Positions 38,199 through 51,350 of a stretch of 64,000 nt of DNA are shown here, piece by piece. Both the position numbers and the translations under genes were made by a program. The stretch comes from Phycisphaerae bacterium (GTDB lineage: Bacteria > Planctomycetota > Phycisphaerae > UBA1845 > Fen-1342), in contig JASFQK010000017.1 in the NCBI GenBank assembly GCA_050115495.1, positions 32,001 to 96,000 on the forward strand. Direction: 5' to 3'. The number at the start of each line of letters is the position of its first letter. The stretch's first letter is position 1. The notes beneath the pieces were generated by a model, which did no database searches, was not told the origin of the DNA, and saw only the letters and a list, made by a program, of their open reading frames with translations.

Positions 38199-38738
38199 CT
38201 ATTCCCCGCCGTCCTCCGCCGGCGCCGAGGCGGTTTGCGGCAGGGGCTGTCCGTGATCGAAGCTCGCCTGCCACTTGATGCGTCCGTCCCCCGTCCAGAC
38301 CGTCCACGTGCCGTGTGGCAACCCGTCGGCGTACCGCTCCTCCTTACGGAGCCGCCCCTCCGGATCCCACGTGAAGCAGGAGCCCTGCTTGAGCCCGTGC
38401 GTGTAGCGCTCCTCGATCCAGACCCGGCCGTTGTCGTGCCAGCGTTTCGTGATCCCCTCCTTCTTCCCGCGCACAAACTGCCCCTCGAACTCCTTCTGGC
38501 CGTTGGCATACCAGCGCGTAAACAGCCCGTGGTCCAGCTCCTGGCCGTCGTCCAGCCGTAACACGCCCCGCCGCAGGCGCAGCGTCCCGTCCGGCCAGCG
38601 CTCTTCGATGACCTCGGTCGGCGGCTCGGCCATCTCCGGGCGTGCCTCGACGCCGGCGCCCCGCTCCGGCGACTGACACCCGCCGCACAGAATCAGCCAT
38701 CCCACGAGCAACGCCGCCAGACTCGCGCATCTGAGCAT
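38199..38738 (-). CDS. MORN-variant repeat lipoprotein (YwqK-like)
   Basis: Lipobox-like GGC; repeated G.xxW..NG...E..Y..G. Confidence 0.75.
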   Translation of the reverse strand: MLRCASLAALLVGWLILCGGCQSPERGAGVEARPEMAEPPTEVIEERWPDGTLRLRRGVLRLDDGQELDHGLFTRWYANGQKEFEGQFVRGKKEGITKRWHDNGRVWIEERYTHGLKQGSCFTWDPEGRLRKEERYADGLPHGTWTVWTGDGRIKWQASFDHGQPLPQTASAPAEDGGE

Positions 38739-38761
38739 GTCCTGACTCCTTCCCGCGAAGG

Positions 38762-38898
38762 GTGCCACCGCCGGGTGCCACGCCACAGTGTGCCACTGCT
38801 CTTGAGCAGTGTCTGCCGAAGCGCGGCGTATTCAACGGCCGACGTCGGCCACGGGGGGCCGACGCTACAAGACGGCCGGCACGGAGACCGGCCGCTAC
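38762..38898 (-). repeat. cluster of REP-like palindromes (two GTAG-type REPs plus GTGGCAC repeats)
   Basis: Minus strand GTAGCGGCCGGTCTCCGTGCCGGCC (38898-38874) and GTAGCGTCGGCCCCCCGTGGCCGACG (38868-38843); GTGCCAC x3; CACTGCTcttgAGCAGTG. Confidence 0.7.
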
Positions 38899-38907
38899 GG
38901 AGCGGCG

Positions 38908-40965
38908 CTACGCCTTCAGCCACTTATCCAGCCAGGCCAGCACTTCCTCGTGCCATTGGATGCTGTTCGCCGGCTTCAGCACCCAGTGATTCTCGTTCGG
39001 GAAGTACAGCAGGCGGCTCGGCACGCCACGCCGTTGCAGCGCCGTGAACGTCGAGATGCCCTGCGTGTCGACGACCCGGTAGTCAAGCTGCCCGTGAATC
39101 ACCAGCGTCGGCGTACGCCAGTTCTGCACGTGATCGATCGGGTTGTGCCGGGTATACGCCTCGGGCACCTCCCACGGCGGACCACCGCGCTCCCACTCCG
39201 GGAACCACAGCTCCTCTGTATCGTAATACGCCATCCGCTCGTCAATGTTGCCATCGTGACAGACGAAACACTTGAACGGTTCCGCCCAGTTCCCGGCGAT
39301 CCAGTTGATCATGTACCCGCCGTACGACGCCCCCAGGGCCCCCACCCGCGTGCCGTCCATCCACGGATAGCGGGCCAGCGCCGCCGCCAGGCCTTTTCGC
39401 AAATCCTCCACGGGCCGGTCGCCCCAGTGGTTGTTGATGGCGTCGGTGAAGGCCTGCCCGTAGCCGGTCGAGCCGTGGAAGTCCACCATGATCGCCGCAT
39501 AGCCCGCACCGGCGTACGCCTGCGGATTCCAGCGATAGTGGAAGTCGGCGCCGAACGAGCCCTGCGGCCCACCGTGAATCAGGAACGCCACCGGGTACTT
39601 CTTCGCCGGATCGAAGTCCACCGGCTTCACCACGTACGCGTACACCTTCTCTTCGTTCCAGCCGGCGAAGGTGAACTGCTCCGCGTCGCCCATGCGAGCC
39701 GCGGCCACCTTGGTGGCATTGATCCGCGTCAGGGCCTGCCGACCCTTGCCATCGGGTCCGACCGCGTGCAGCTCGACCGGGTGTTGCAGATCCCGCAGAC
39801 CAAACACCACGCGCCCGCCGGCCACGACGATCTCACTGACCCGCCCCTCGCCCACCACCGTGCGCACGTCGCCACTGGCCACGTCTACCGCAAACAGCGG
39901 GTGCTGTCCCAGGTGATCGGCACTCGTGTAGATCGTCTTCCCGTCCGCCGACCACGTGATGCTGCCCGCCGAGCGGTCCCACTTCTCGGTCAGCACGCGC
40001 GGCTGACCCTCCGGCCACGGCCGCAGCGCGATCCGCAGCCGATCCGCCTCGTATCCCGGCCGGGCCATAGCCAGCCACGCCAGCGTCCGCCCGTCCGGCG
40101 AGAACACCGGGTTTGTGACCGTCGCCCCCTTGCCGTCCACCAGCACGCGCGGCGGCGTCGATCCGTCAATCGGCGCGGCGAACAGGTCGAAATGCGTCGA
40201 CCATGCCTCGGATGCCCCCACATTGCGAGCCGCGAAGACGAGCGTCTTGCCGTCGGGCGAGAAGGTGTATTCCTCAGCGCCGCCGAACGGCTTGCTCGGC
40301 GTGTCGGCTTCCATACCGGCCATCACGTTCACCGGCTCGCCCGCACCGTCAAGCGGCACGACAAACACGTGCGATCGCCGCCCGTCTTTCCACGTATCCC
40401 AGTGCCGAATGAATAGCTGATCGAACGTCCGCCCCGTGCATTTGCGCTTCTCGATCTCGTCGAGGCGGCTCTTGGTGTCGGCCGGCGTCTTGGCGTCGGG
40501 GAACACCTCGAGGCTCACGGCCAGGTGCTTGCCCGTCGGCGACACCGCGAACGAACCGACGTCCAGCGGCAGGTCCGTAACCGCCGTCGCCTCACCACCA
40601 TCCGCCGCGATCCGCCACACCTGCGTCGTGTCGCCGCGAGCGGAGAGAAAGTAGACGCTCTTACCGTCGGGCGACCAGCGGGCGTGGCTGCTGCCCGCGG
40701 AGTGCGTCGTCAGCCGCCGCAGACCGGCGCCATCGGCGTGGACGAGCCAGACGTCCTGCACGCCCTTGTTCTCTTCGAGGTTGGTGACGCGCAAGCTGAA
40801 GGCGATGCGCGAGCCGTCCGGCGAAGCCTGTGGATCGGTGAGGCGCTCCATAGCCAACATGTCATGCACGGAGAACGGATGCGTCCCCGCCCCCATCTCG
40901 TCCGCGAAACGACTCATGAGCAGAACCGTCCCGAATAGGAAGACGGCTGCCGTCAACATCAACAT
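38908..40965 (-). CDS. S9-family (dipeptidyl/acylaminoacyl) peptidase
   Basis: SPDG propeller repeats, IHGGPQ, GASYGG, DYRV, ENHWV. Confidence 0.93.
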   Translation of the reverse strand: MLMLTAAVFLFGTVLLMSRFADEMGAGTHPFSVHDMLAMERLTDPQASPDGSRIAFSLRVTNLEENKGVQDVWLVHADGAGLRRLTTHSAGSSHARWSPDGKSVYFLSARGDTTQVWRIAADGGEATAVTDLPLDVGSFAVSPTGKHLAVSLEVFPDAKTPADTKSRLDEIEKRKCTGRTFDQLFIRHWDTWKDGRRSHVFVVPLDGAGEPVNVMAGMEADTPSKPFGGAEEYTFSPDGKTLVFAARNVGASEAWSTHFDLFAAPIDGSTPPRVLVDGKGATVTNPVFSPDGRTLAWLAMARPGYEADRLRIALRPWPEGQPRVLTEKWDRSAGSITWSADGKTIYTSADHLGQHPLFAVDVASGDVRTVVGEGRVSEIVVAGGRVVFGLRDLQHPVELHAVGPDGKGRQALTRINATKVAAARMGDAEQFTFAGWNEEKVYAYVVKPVDFDPAKKYPVAFLIHGGPQGSFGADFHYRWNPQAYAGAGYAAIMVDFHGSTGYGQAFTDAINNHWGDRPVEDLRKGLAAALARYPWMDGTRVGALGASYGGYMINWIAGNWAEPFKCFVCHDGNIDERMAYYDTEELWFPEWERGGPPWEVPEAYTRHNPIDHVQNWRTPTLVIHGQLDYRVVDTQGISTFTALQRRGVPSRLLYFPNENHWVLKPANSIQWHEEVLAWLDKWLKA

Positions 40966-41071
40966 GGGTGTGCTCCTGTGGATGAGCTCCGGGTTGACGA
41001 TGCCCCACGGCTCGTGCGCCGGCCCGATTCCTGTACATACAATACCGCTGGCGCTTCCGTTTGGCGAACGG

Positions 41072-41530
41072 TCAGTTCGTCTGGCCCGGAATCAGGAAGC
41101 TCAGATGATGCGCCCCGTGCAGCAAGTGCAGCGCGCGGGCCTCGTCGCGTGTGAGGCGGTCGAAGATCGGCGACGGGTGCAGTTCGCCCTGGTGCTGCTC
41201 CAAGCGTGTGATGAGCTCCTGCGCCTCGGCGATGCAAGCGGTCTCGTCCACCGCGTCCGGCGGCACCGACGCCGGAATGGTCCGCCCGCCGGTCTTCATG
41301 TGCCCGCCCGCCAACACCTTGCGCAACAGCGACCGGCCGAAGAGCTTGCGCACCAGCCACGGCAACAGGAACGGATAGCCCTCCAGCGAGCCGCGCATGT
41401 AATACGACAAATGCTTACAAATCTGCCCCAGGTTCCACTGCCCGGCCCGCTCATAGCCGCCCCGTTCGAGCCGGGCGATCTCGCCCCGCATGTCCGCGTA
41501 CGTCGCAAAGGTAAGCGTCCGTCGTTCCAT
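41072..41530 (-). CDS. DUF1569-like DinB-superfamily protein
   Basis: GQWNLGQICKHL, HPSPIF, HGAHHLSF. Confidence 0.8.
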   Translation of the reverse strand: MERRTLTFATYADMRGEIARLERGGYERAGQWNLGQICKHLSYYMRGSLEGYPFLLPWLVRKLFGRSLLRKVLAGGHMKTGGRTIPASVPPDAVDETACIAEAQELITRLEQHQGELHPSPIFDRLTRDEARALHLLHGAHHLSFLIPGQTN

Positions 41531-41722
41531 GGCTCTCTCGCTCCGCTGTACGACCCGTCTCCCCGGGGGACATCATAGCCGCCGCCCGCCCGTCGGTAGA
41601 ACCCCGCGCCGGCTGGCGGAGCTTGGCCCGCCACCCGCTTCGAGCTATCCTGCTGGGCGGCACGACCCGCGCCGGTAGCGGAGAGTGCCGCCATCTGCAT
41701 CGTGTGCAGTCGGGACCGACCC

Positions 41723-42631
41723 ATGAGTGCCAGTGAAGCCGACGCCTTTCTCATCGAGGCCGTCCAGCGCGGTGACCAGGCCGCCTGGCGCGAGGTCATC
41801 GACCGCTACCAGGGCCGGTTGCTCAGCTTCGCCCGCCGCATGCTCGCCCAGCGCGGCGACGCCGAGGACCTCGTGCAGGAAACGTTCTTCGGCCTGCTGC
41901 GCAGCCTGCCCAACTACGATTCCGACCGCTCGCTCGAAACGTACCTGTTCGCCATCCTGCGGAACAAGCTCCACGACCACTTCCGCAAACAGGATCGCGG
42001 CCAGCGCCAGAGCCTCGACCAGCTCGAGCTCGGCGACGCCCCCGACGCCTGGGTCGACGCCGAGACACCCAGCCGCTACGTCGCCGGCCAGGAAGACCTC
42101 GCCGCCCAGCGCAGCGCCCTGTGCGACGGTCTGCGGCGATGGGTCGACAAGTGCTGCACGCAACGCCGCTTCCAGGAACTTATCGTCGTCGAGATGCTCG
42201 TGGTCCTCGGCCTGCGCAACAAGGAGGTCGCCGCCGACCTCGGCCTGACCGAGACCGCCGTCGCCGGCATCAAGTTCCGCGTGCTCGACGAATGGCGGCG
42301 GCAAACACAATCCGCCCCGACCGCTCACGAATGGCAGGAAGGCGACCTCGCCGGCGACAGCAGCGTCGCCCGCATCTGGCGGGAAGAGGGCATCTCCTGC
42401 CTGAAGCGCACGACCCTCGGCCGCTTCCTGCTCGGCGCCCTCGACGACGACTGGGCCTTCTACATCGACTTTCACGTCAACCAGGCCGCGTGCAGCCGTT
42501 GCCGGGCCAATCTCGACGACCTCCGCGAAGAAGACGCCCGCGACGCCAGCGAGCACGAACGGCTCCGCGAACGCTGCTTCGCCTCCTCGGTCGGCTTCCT
42601 CTCCAACCGCCCCACCTCGCCCCCAGCCTGA
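41723..42631 (+). CDS. ECF sigma factor fused to C-terminal zf-HC2 zinc finger
   Basis: DAEDLVQETF, YLFAILRNK, NKEVAADLG; C-terminal C..LGRFLLGAL...HVNQAACSRC. Confidence 0.8.
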   Translation: MSASEADAFLIEAVQRGDQAAWREVIDRYQGRLLSFARRMLAQRGDAEDLVQETFFGLLRSLPNYDSDRSLETYLFAILRNKLHDHFRKQDRGQRQSLDQLELGDAPDAWVDAETPSRYVAGQEDLAAQRSALCDGLRRWVDKCCTQRRFQELIVVEMLVVLGLRNKEVAADLGLTETAVAGIKFRVLDEWRRQTQSAPTAHEWQEGDLAGDSSVARIWREEGISCLKRTTLGRFLLGALDDDWAFYIDFHVNQAACSRCRANLDDLREEDARDASEHERLRERCFASSVGFLSNRPTSPPA

Positions 42632-42637
42632 GCCCCC

Positions 42638-42723
42638 GTTGAAACAGGGGACAGGCTCCGAGCCGAGGAGGTCACGTGGCCGCGTAAACGGCCTGCGGCG
42701 GGGTGCCTGCCCCCTGCTTCAAC
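42638..42723. repeat. 19-bp imperfect inverted repeat between convergent genes (REP/MITE-like or terminator)
   Basis: GTTGAAACAGGGGACAGGC ... GCCTGCCCCCTGCTTCAAC (17/19 complementary). Confidence 0.65.
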
Positions 42724-42747
42724 GAGGAACTGCCAGGCTCCGCCCGA

Positions 42748-43656
42748 TCACTTCCGCGTCATTCCGTCATACACGATGCCGACCCACTGGTCCGGCGGAA
42801 AGCCGCCCTGACCCCACTTCTCGTCCAGCTCCGCCGTCGGCTTGGCGGCGATCACCTCGTCCCGCGACTTGCCCTGCTCGACCAGCGGCTTGATGCGGTC
42901 GCGGGCCGTGGCCAGCATGTCGCGATACGCCCGCAGCTCCGTCACGTTCGACATCGCCCCGTGCCCGGGAATGATCTTCGTCTCCGCGTCGGCCATCACC
43001 AGGGCCTTGTCCACCGCCTGGATCATCCCATCCAGCGTCCCACCCGCATTCACATCGATGAACGGGTACATGCCGTTGAAGTACACGTCGGCCACATGCA
43101 GCACGTTTGCCTTGCGGAAGTAGACGAAACTGTCGCCGTCGGTGTGCGCCGGCGGATCCACGTGCGACACTTCCACGTCCTCGCCGTTCCAGTGCAGCGT
43201 GAGCTGATCGTTGAACGTTAACACCGGCAGCGCTCCCGGCGGCGACGGCGGCACGGTCCGCCCGAGCGCACCGAGCACCTGCTCGCTGCTCATCTTCTTC
43301 CGCACGTTCTCGTGGGCAATGAGCAGCGCCCCGGCCTTGGCCAGGTTCTCGTTGCCGCCCACGTGGTCGAAATGCCAGTGCGTGTTGATCACCAGCCGTA
43401 GCGGCTGGTCGGTCAACTCCTTCACCGCCGCCAGCACGAGGTCGCTGATCTGCCCGTACTCGGCATCGACCATCAGCGCCCCATCGTCGCCAACCAGCAG
43501 TGCCAGGTTCCCGCCGGCGCCGGCCAGCATGTACACATGTTCGCCCGCGGGGAACGTCCGGATGGTGATCGCCGGCCGCGACTGGGCCAGCACACCGACC
43601 GCCAGGACCCCGAACGCCACAAGAACAACGACAACGCGAGTTCGCCTTGCCAGCAT
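42748..43656 (-). CDS. secreted MBL-fold metallo-hydrolase (cyclase-like)
   Basis: NTHWHFDHVGGN, AHTDGD, IIPGHG; signal peptide. Confidence 0.88.
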   Translation of the reverse strand: MLARRTRVVVVLVAFGVLAVGVLAQSRPAITIRTFPAGEHVYMLAGAGGNLALLVGDDGALMVDAEYGQISDLVLAAVKELTDQPLRLVINTHWHFDHVGGNENLAKAGALLIAHENVRKKMSSEQVLGALGRTVPPSPPGALPVLTFNDQLTLHWNGEDVEVSHVDPPAHTDGDSFVYFRKANVLHVADVYFNGMYPFIDVNAGGTLDGMIQAVDKALVMADAETKIIPGHGAMSNVTELRAYRDMLATARDRIKPLVEQGKSRDEVIAAKPTAELDEKWGQGGFPPDQWVGIVYDGMTRK

Positions 43657-43712
43657 GGGACTGCCTCCCTGTTCGCGCCGCGGGCTGCGCGACGCCGCCA
43701 TTCAACTGCCCT

Positions 43713-44792
43713 CTACTCGGCCGGAACGACGAGCTTCACCTCGAGCGGCTTCTCCCGGCCGACCCACATGTTCATGACCCGGTACGACAGGCCGGCGGAG
43801 AGCGTCTCGGCGGGCACGTCGAAACGCAACAACGTGGTCGCGCCCGCCGGCAGCTTGATCTCCCGCGGTCCCTGCTCACCAATCCGCTGGAGTTCGAGAT
43901 CCAATTCACAGAAGTTGTCGATTCTCACCCAGATGTGTTTGTCCGTCCGATAATGCGGAGCGCGCACCCGCACACACGCCGGGAAGAGCTGCTCCATCTC
44001 CGCCGACCGCCCGATCAGCCGGTTCTCGCACCACACCGCCGTCCGGCCGGCGAAGAGCGCGTCACGCACGGCCTCGACCGTCCGTTCCTTCGCGAAGACG
44101 AGCGTCATCGTGCGATGCACGGCGGGCGTTCGTGGCTTGTCCGAGGCCGGGCTGTGGATGTCGGAATCGCCCAGCAATGTCAGCCCGTGCTCGACCGCCA
44201 GATCGTGGGCATAACCCCAATAGTCGTCGCCGTTGCAGATCTCGATGCCGTGCAGTTGCTTCTTCTCGAACGGCTTCTGCTGCCACTCGTCCCACTGGCC
44301 GCGATCCTCGCCCTGCCAGCCGGGATGGTTCCAGAACACGAACGCCCCCTGCTTCTGCGCCTCGTCGAAGACGGCGTAGTAGTCCTCCAGGTCCAAAGCG
44401 TCGACATCGCTGAGGAAGATCGCGTTGTGGTGCCCGGGCGGCGTGTCACGGGTGATTTCGGCGCCGCGGATCAGGAGGAGGCCCCGCTCCGCCGCCCGTC
44501 GCTCGGCGATCTCGTGCGGCCGGTTGAGCGACGTTGGCACGTCCCGCTTGAACGGCCGGTACTCGATATGGTCGGTGAGGGCGATGACGTCGAGCCCCTC
44601 GCGCCACGCCTCGTCCACCCGCACCGTCGGCCAGACGTAGCCGTCAGAGAAAACCGTGTGCATGTGCAAGTCGCACTTGAGTGTGAGCAGGTCGGGCAGA
44701 TTGGGGAAGCGGACCTCCTGCCGCGGCTCCGCCGCCATCGCCGCCGCACACAGCATCACCGCCGCAATCACGCCTGAGATGGTCCGTCGCAT
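43713..44792 (-). CDS. secreted PHP-domain phosphodiesterase
   Basis: DLHMHTVFSDG, LTDH, GAEIT, GHHN, NHPGW, SDIH. Confidence 0.88.
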   Translation of the reverse strand: MRRTISGVIAAVMLCAAAMAAEPRQEVRFPNLPDLLTLKCDLHMHTVFSDGYVWPTVRVDEAWREGLDVIALTDHIEYRPFKRDVPTSLNRPHEIAERRAAERGLLLIRGAEITRDTPPGHHNAIFLSDVDALDLEDYYAVFDEAQKQGAFVFWNHPGWQGEDRGQWDEWQQKPFEKKQLHGIEICNGDDYWGYAHDLAVEHGLTLLGDSDIHSPASDKPRTPAVHRTMTLVFAKERTVEAVRDALFAGRTAVWCENRLIGRSAEMEQLFPACVRVRAPHYRTDKHIWVRIDNFCELDLELQRIGEQGPREIKLPAGATTLLRFDVPAETLSAGLSYRVMNMWVGREKPLEVKLVVPAE

Positions 44793-44895
44793 CTCCGCTC
44801 CTCGATAAGCTGTTGGGGAAGGAAGTCTCGCACAACCGCCCGCGCACCGTACCGCGTCGAACCGGCGGCGACAACGTCCCCCATGCCCCCTGCCC

Positions 44896-45675
44896 TCAGC
44901 GCCCCGTCCCCACCAGCAGCAGCCCGCCCAGCACCACCAGCAGCACCGCCACCCCCCGGGCGAACTGCCGTTCCGACACCGACCGGTGGATCGCCATCCC
45001 CGCCACGATCCCCGTCAGCGAGCCCGGCAGCAGCCAGGCGGCGGCGAGGAGGATGTCCGCCGTGAGTATCCCCTTCTGCACGTAGACACCCCCCCGAACC
45101 ACGCTCATCGTCATGAAGAACCACAGTATCGTCGCCCGGAACGCACCCTTGTCCAGCCGGCAGGACCGCAGGTACACGATCACCGGCGGCCCACCCGTGC
45201 CGTACATGCCTCCCAGCACACCGGAGATGAACCCCACCGGCCCCGCCAGCCACCAGTTCCGCCGAATTGTCCCCGGCGTGGCGTCGGCGTTCAGCGCCGC
45301 CCCGTTCCGCTCACAGAAGAACCACACGCCCGCCGCCAGCACGACCAGCCCCAGCACACGTTTGAGCGCCGCGGCGTTGCCGGCGACGAGAACTTGCGTT
45401 CCGAGCACGAGCCCCAAGACCATCCCGGGCAGAAGCGTCAGCAACAACCGCGGCCGAGCCTGCCGCCACGCATGAGCCAGCACCCAGACTTCGGTCACCA
45501 GCGTCAGGATGACCAACACGCTGACGACGCCGGCCAGGTCCGGCAGCAGCATCGCCATAAGCGAGACGGCAAACATCCCCGCCCCGAATCCGACGGTGGC
45601 ATAGATGAGCTGCGCGCCGGCCATGATCAGCACGCAGGCGACAAGCGACGGAATATCCGGAAACAGCGCCGGCAT
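44896..45675 (-). CDS. TauE/SafE sulfite exporter family protein
   Basis: GFGAG and GTGGPP motifs, ~8 TM helices. Confidence 0.85.
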   Translation of the reverse strand: MPALFPDIPSLVACVLIMAGAQLIYATVGFGAGMFAVSLMAMLLPDLAGVVSVLVILTLVTEVWVLAHAWRQARPRLLLTLLPGMVLGLVLGTQVLVAGNAAALKRVLGLVVLAAGVWFFCERNGAALNADATPGTIRRNWWLAGPVGFISGVLGGMYGTGGPPVIVYLRSCRLDKGAFRATILWFFMTMSVVRGGVYVQKGILTADILLAAAWLLPGSLTGIVAGMAIHRSVSERQFARGVAVLLVVLGGLLLVGTGR

Positions 45676-45699
45676 TTCCCCCGCAACCTACCGCCCCCC

Positions 45700-45939
45700 A
45701 TTTGAGATCTCAAATTTCAAATCTCAAATCTCAGATCCACCCAACGCCGCCCCGCGTAGCGGGCGGCGGAATCCAGCCCCGGGTGGAGCGCAGCGGAACC
45801 CGGGGGAACGCGCTGCCTCTCCCACCAAGCCCCCGCAGGGGGCGGCGGAACCCGCCGCCCGCCGGCTGACTACCCGCCTCCGAAGAACACCGACACCTTC
45901 CACTCGCCGCGGCCCCCTGTCTGAGATCTCGAATCTCAG
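45700..45939. repeat. heptamer (ATCTCAA-type) repeats and REP-like hairpins
   Basis: ATTTGAGATCTCAAAT palindrome plus ATTTCAA/ATCTCAA units; second copy at 45920-45939; CCCCGGGTggagcgcagcggaACCCGGGG. Confidence 0.6.
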
Positions 45940-45995
45940 GTCCACGTTCCCCCGCCGCACCCGCACTCGAACACCGCACGCCGGACTGCCGCCGC

Positions 45996-49874
<3,879 letters not shown>

Positions 49875-49990
49875 GTCGGCAGCCCTCAAATGGCACGTGG
49901 GCGGTGTCCGGAGGCCCCGGTCCACCGTCCGTCAATCCGCATTCGCCGGGAGAAGACACGCGCGGGCCTGTCCGCCGGCGGGCCCCGCCG

Positions 49991-50575
49991 CTACGCCTCG
50001 GGGGCGTCCCGGGTGCGCAACTCGCGCTCCAGCCACGCCCGCACGTAACGCCACTCGCGGCCCACGGTGCCCACGGAAATGCCCAGGGCGGCGGCGGTTT
50101 CGGCCGCGGTCATGCCCGCATAGTAACGCATGTTGACGATCTGCCCCTTGCGGGGGTCGTCCTGCTCCAGCCGCTTGAGGGCCTCGTCGACGGCCAGCAC
50201 ATCCTCCGCCGGCGGAACGAACGCGGGCTCGACCTCCTCCAGGGCCACCCGGTGCCGCCCCCCGCCACGTTTTCGGGCCATCTTCCGCCGGGCGTACTCG
50301 ACCAGGATATCCCGCATGGCCCGAGCGGCGGCGGCGAAGAAGTGCCCCCGCCCATCCCACGATGGGTCGTTCCGGTGAATCAGCCGCAGGTAGGCTTCGT
50401 GGACCAGGGCGGTCGGTTGGAGCGTCTGCCCGGGCGGAATATGCCGTAACCGCGCCCGGGCCAGTGTCCTAAGTTCTTCATAAACAAGCGGTAACAGGTC
50501 CCGCGACGCCGACGGATCCCCCGCCGTCACGGCCTCCAGCAACCGAGTTGCAGTTCGGCGTTCGTCGGTCGCCAC
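49991..50575 (-). CDS. ECF sigma factor, kinase-associated (TIGR02999-like)
   Basis: LLPLVYEELR, TLQPTALVHEAYLRL, FFAAAARAMR, KRGGG, TVGREW. Confidence 0.9.
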   Translation of the reverse strand: MATDERRTATRLLEAVTAGDPSASRDLLPLVYEELRTLARARLRHIPPGQTLQPTALVHEAYLRLIHRNDPSWDGRGHFFAAAARAMRDILVEYARRKMARKRGGGRHRVALEEVEPAFVPPAEDVLAVDEALKRLEQDDPRKGQIVNMRYYAGMTAAETAAALGISVGTVGREWRYVRAWLERELRTRDAPEA

Positions 50576-51201
50576 GGTCGCCTCTCCATGGTCCGATAAT
50601 TCGACCCACATACTCCGCCGCCGATCCCCAACGTTACCAGTGTACGCGACCCATTGCCTCGTTTACACAAACGCACAATTGGCGGCGTGGGGCCACCCAT
50701 AACCGCTCCCGACCGACATGTCGCCCTTGGATCGCTTGGACATGGAGGTTCGTCCGTAACGTGCACGCTCGGCGCGAGCACAGTGCCGGCGAAATCAAGT
50801 CTGACACCCACCCGGCAACCCTGCTCTGCCGCGCCCGACGAACGGTCCGGGCCAACATCCGCCAGGGTCGTCACGAAGCCCGCGCCACGCTCATGGCGAA
50901 TTCATGGACTCTTCGCATAGCTCCGCGCGGGCCCCGCGCACATGCAGCCCGGGGCAAGAAACCGGGCCGCACATCTCCCCAGCAAACGCGCCTTCGCGGC
51001 GTACCGTGTCCTCACCAGCGATACGCACATCCCGCAGCAATTCGTACACATCCACGCAAGCAGGACAAACCTATCGATTATTCATGTGTGCAACGCACTG
51101 GAGACAGCCACGGTGCAATACTCACGTGTGACGAGTCCATCGATTGTGTTGTGCTGGCGTACATCTGCATTACGACACCTGTTGCCTTATGACTATTCTG
51201 C

Positions 51202-51230
51202 TTGACAGCCGCTACGGCTCGTGCTATGGT
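51202..51230 (+). promoter_or_regulatory. sigma70 promoter of the two-lipoprotein operon
   Basis: TTGACA, 17 nt, TATGGT with TG extension. Confidence 0.7.
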
Positions 51231-51350
51231 TACACGTGGTTCGGGCGAGCCAATAATCAAGCCATCCAGAGCGAATCGGGTTGTTTCGCCACAGGGGACA
51301 CCGTGCGTTTCTGATGCGCGCTGGTGAGAGAGGGTTCCGGGAGGCTACCT

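Noticed and set aside
38199..38738. YwqK-like protein as the antitoxin of a toxin-antitoxin pair
   Set aside because: No adjacent toxin; it looks like an ordinary MORN-variant lipoprotein.
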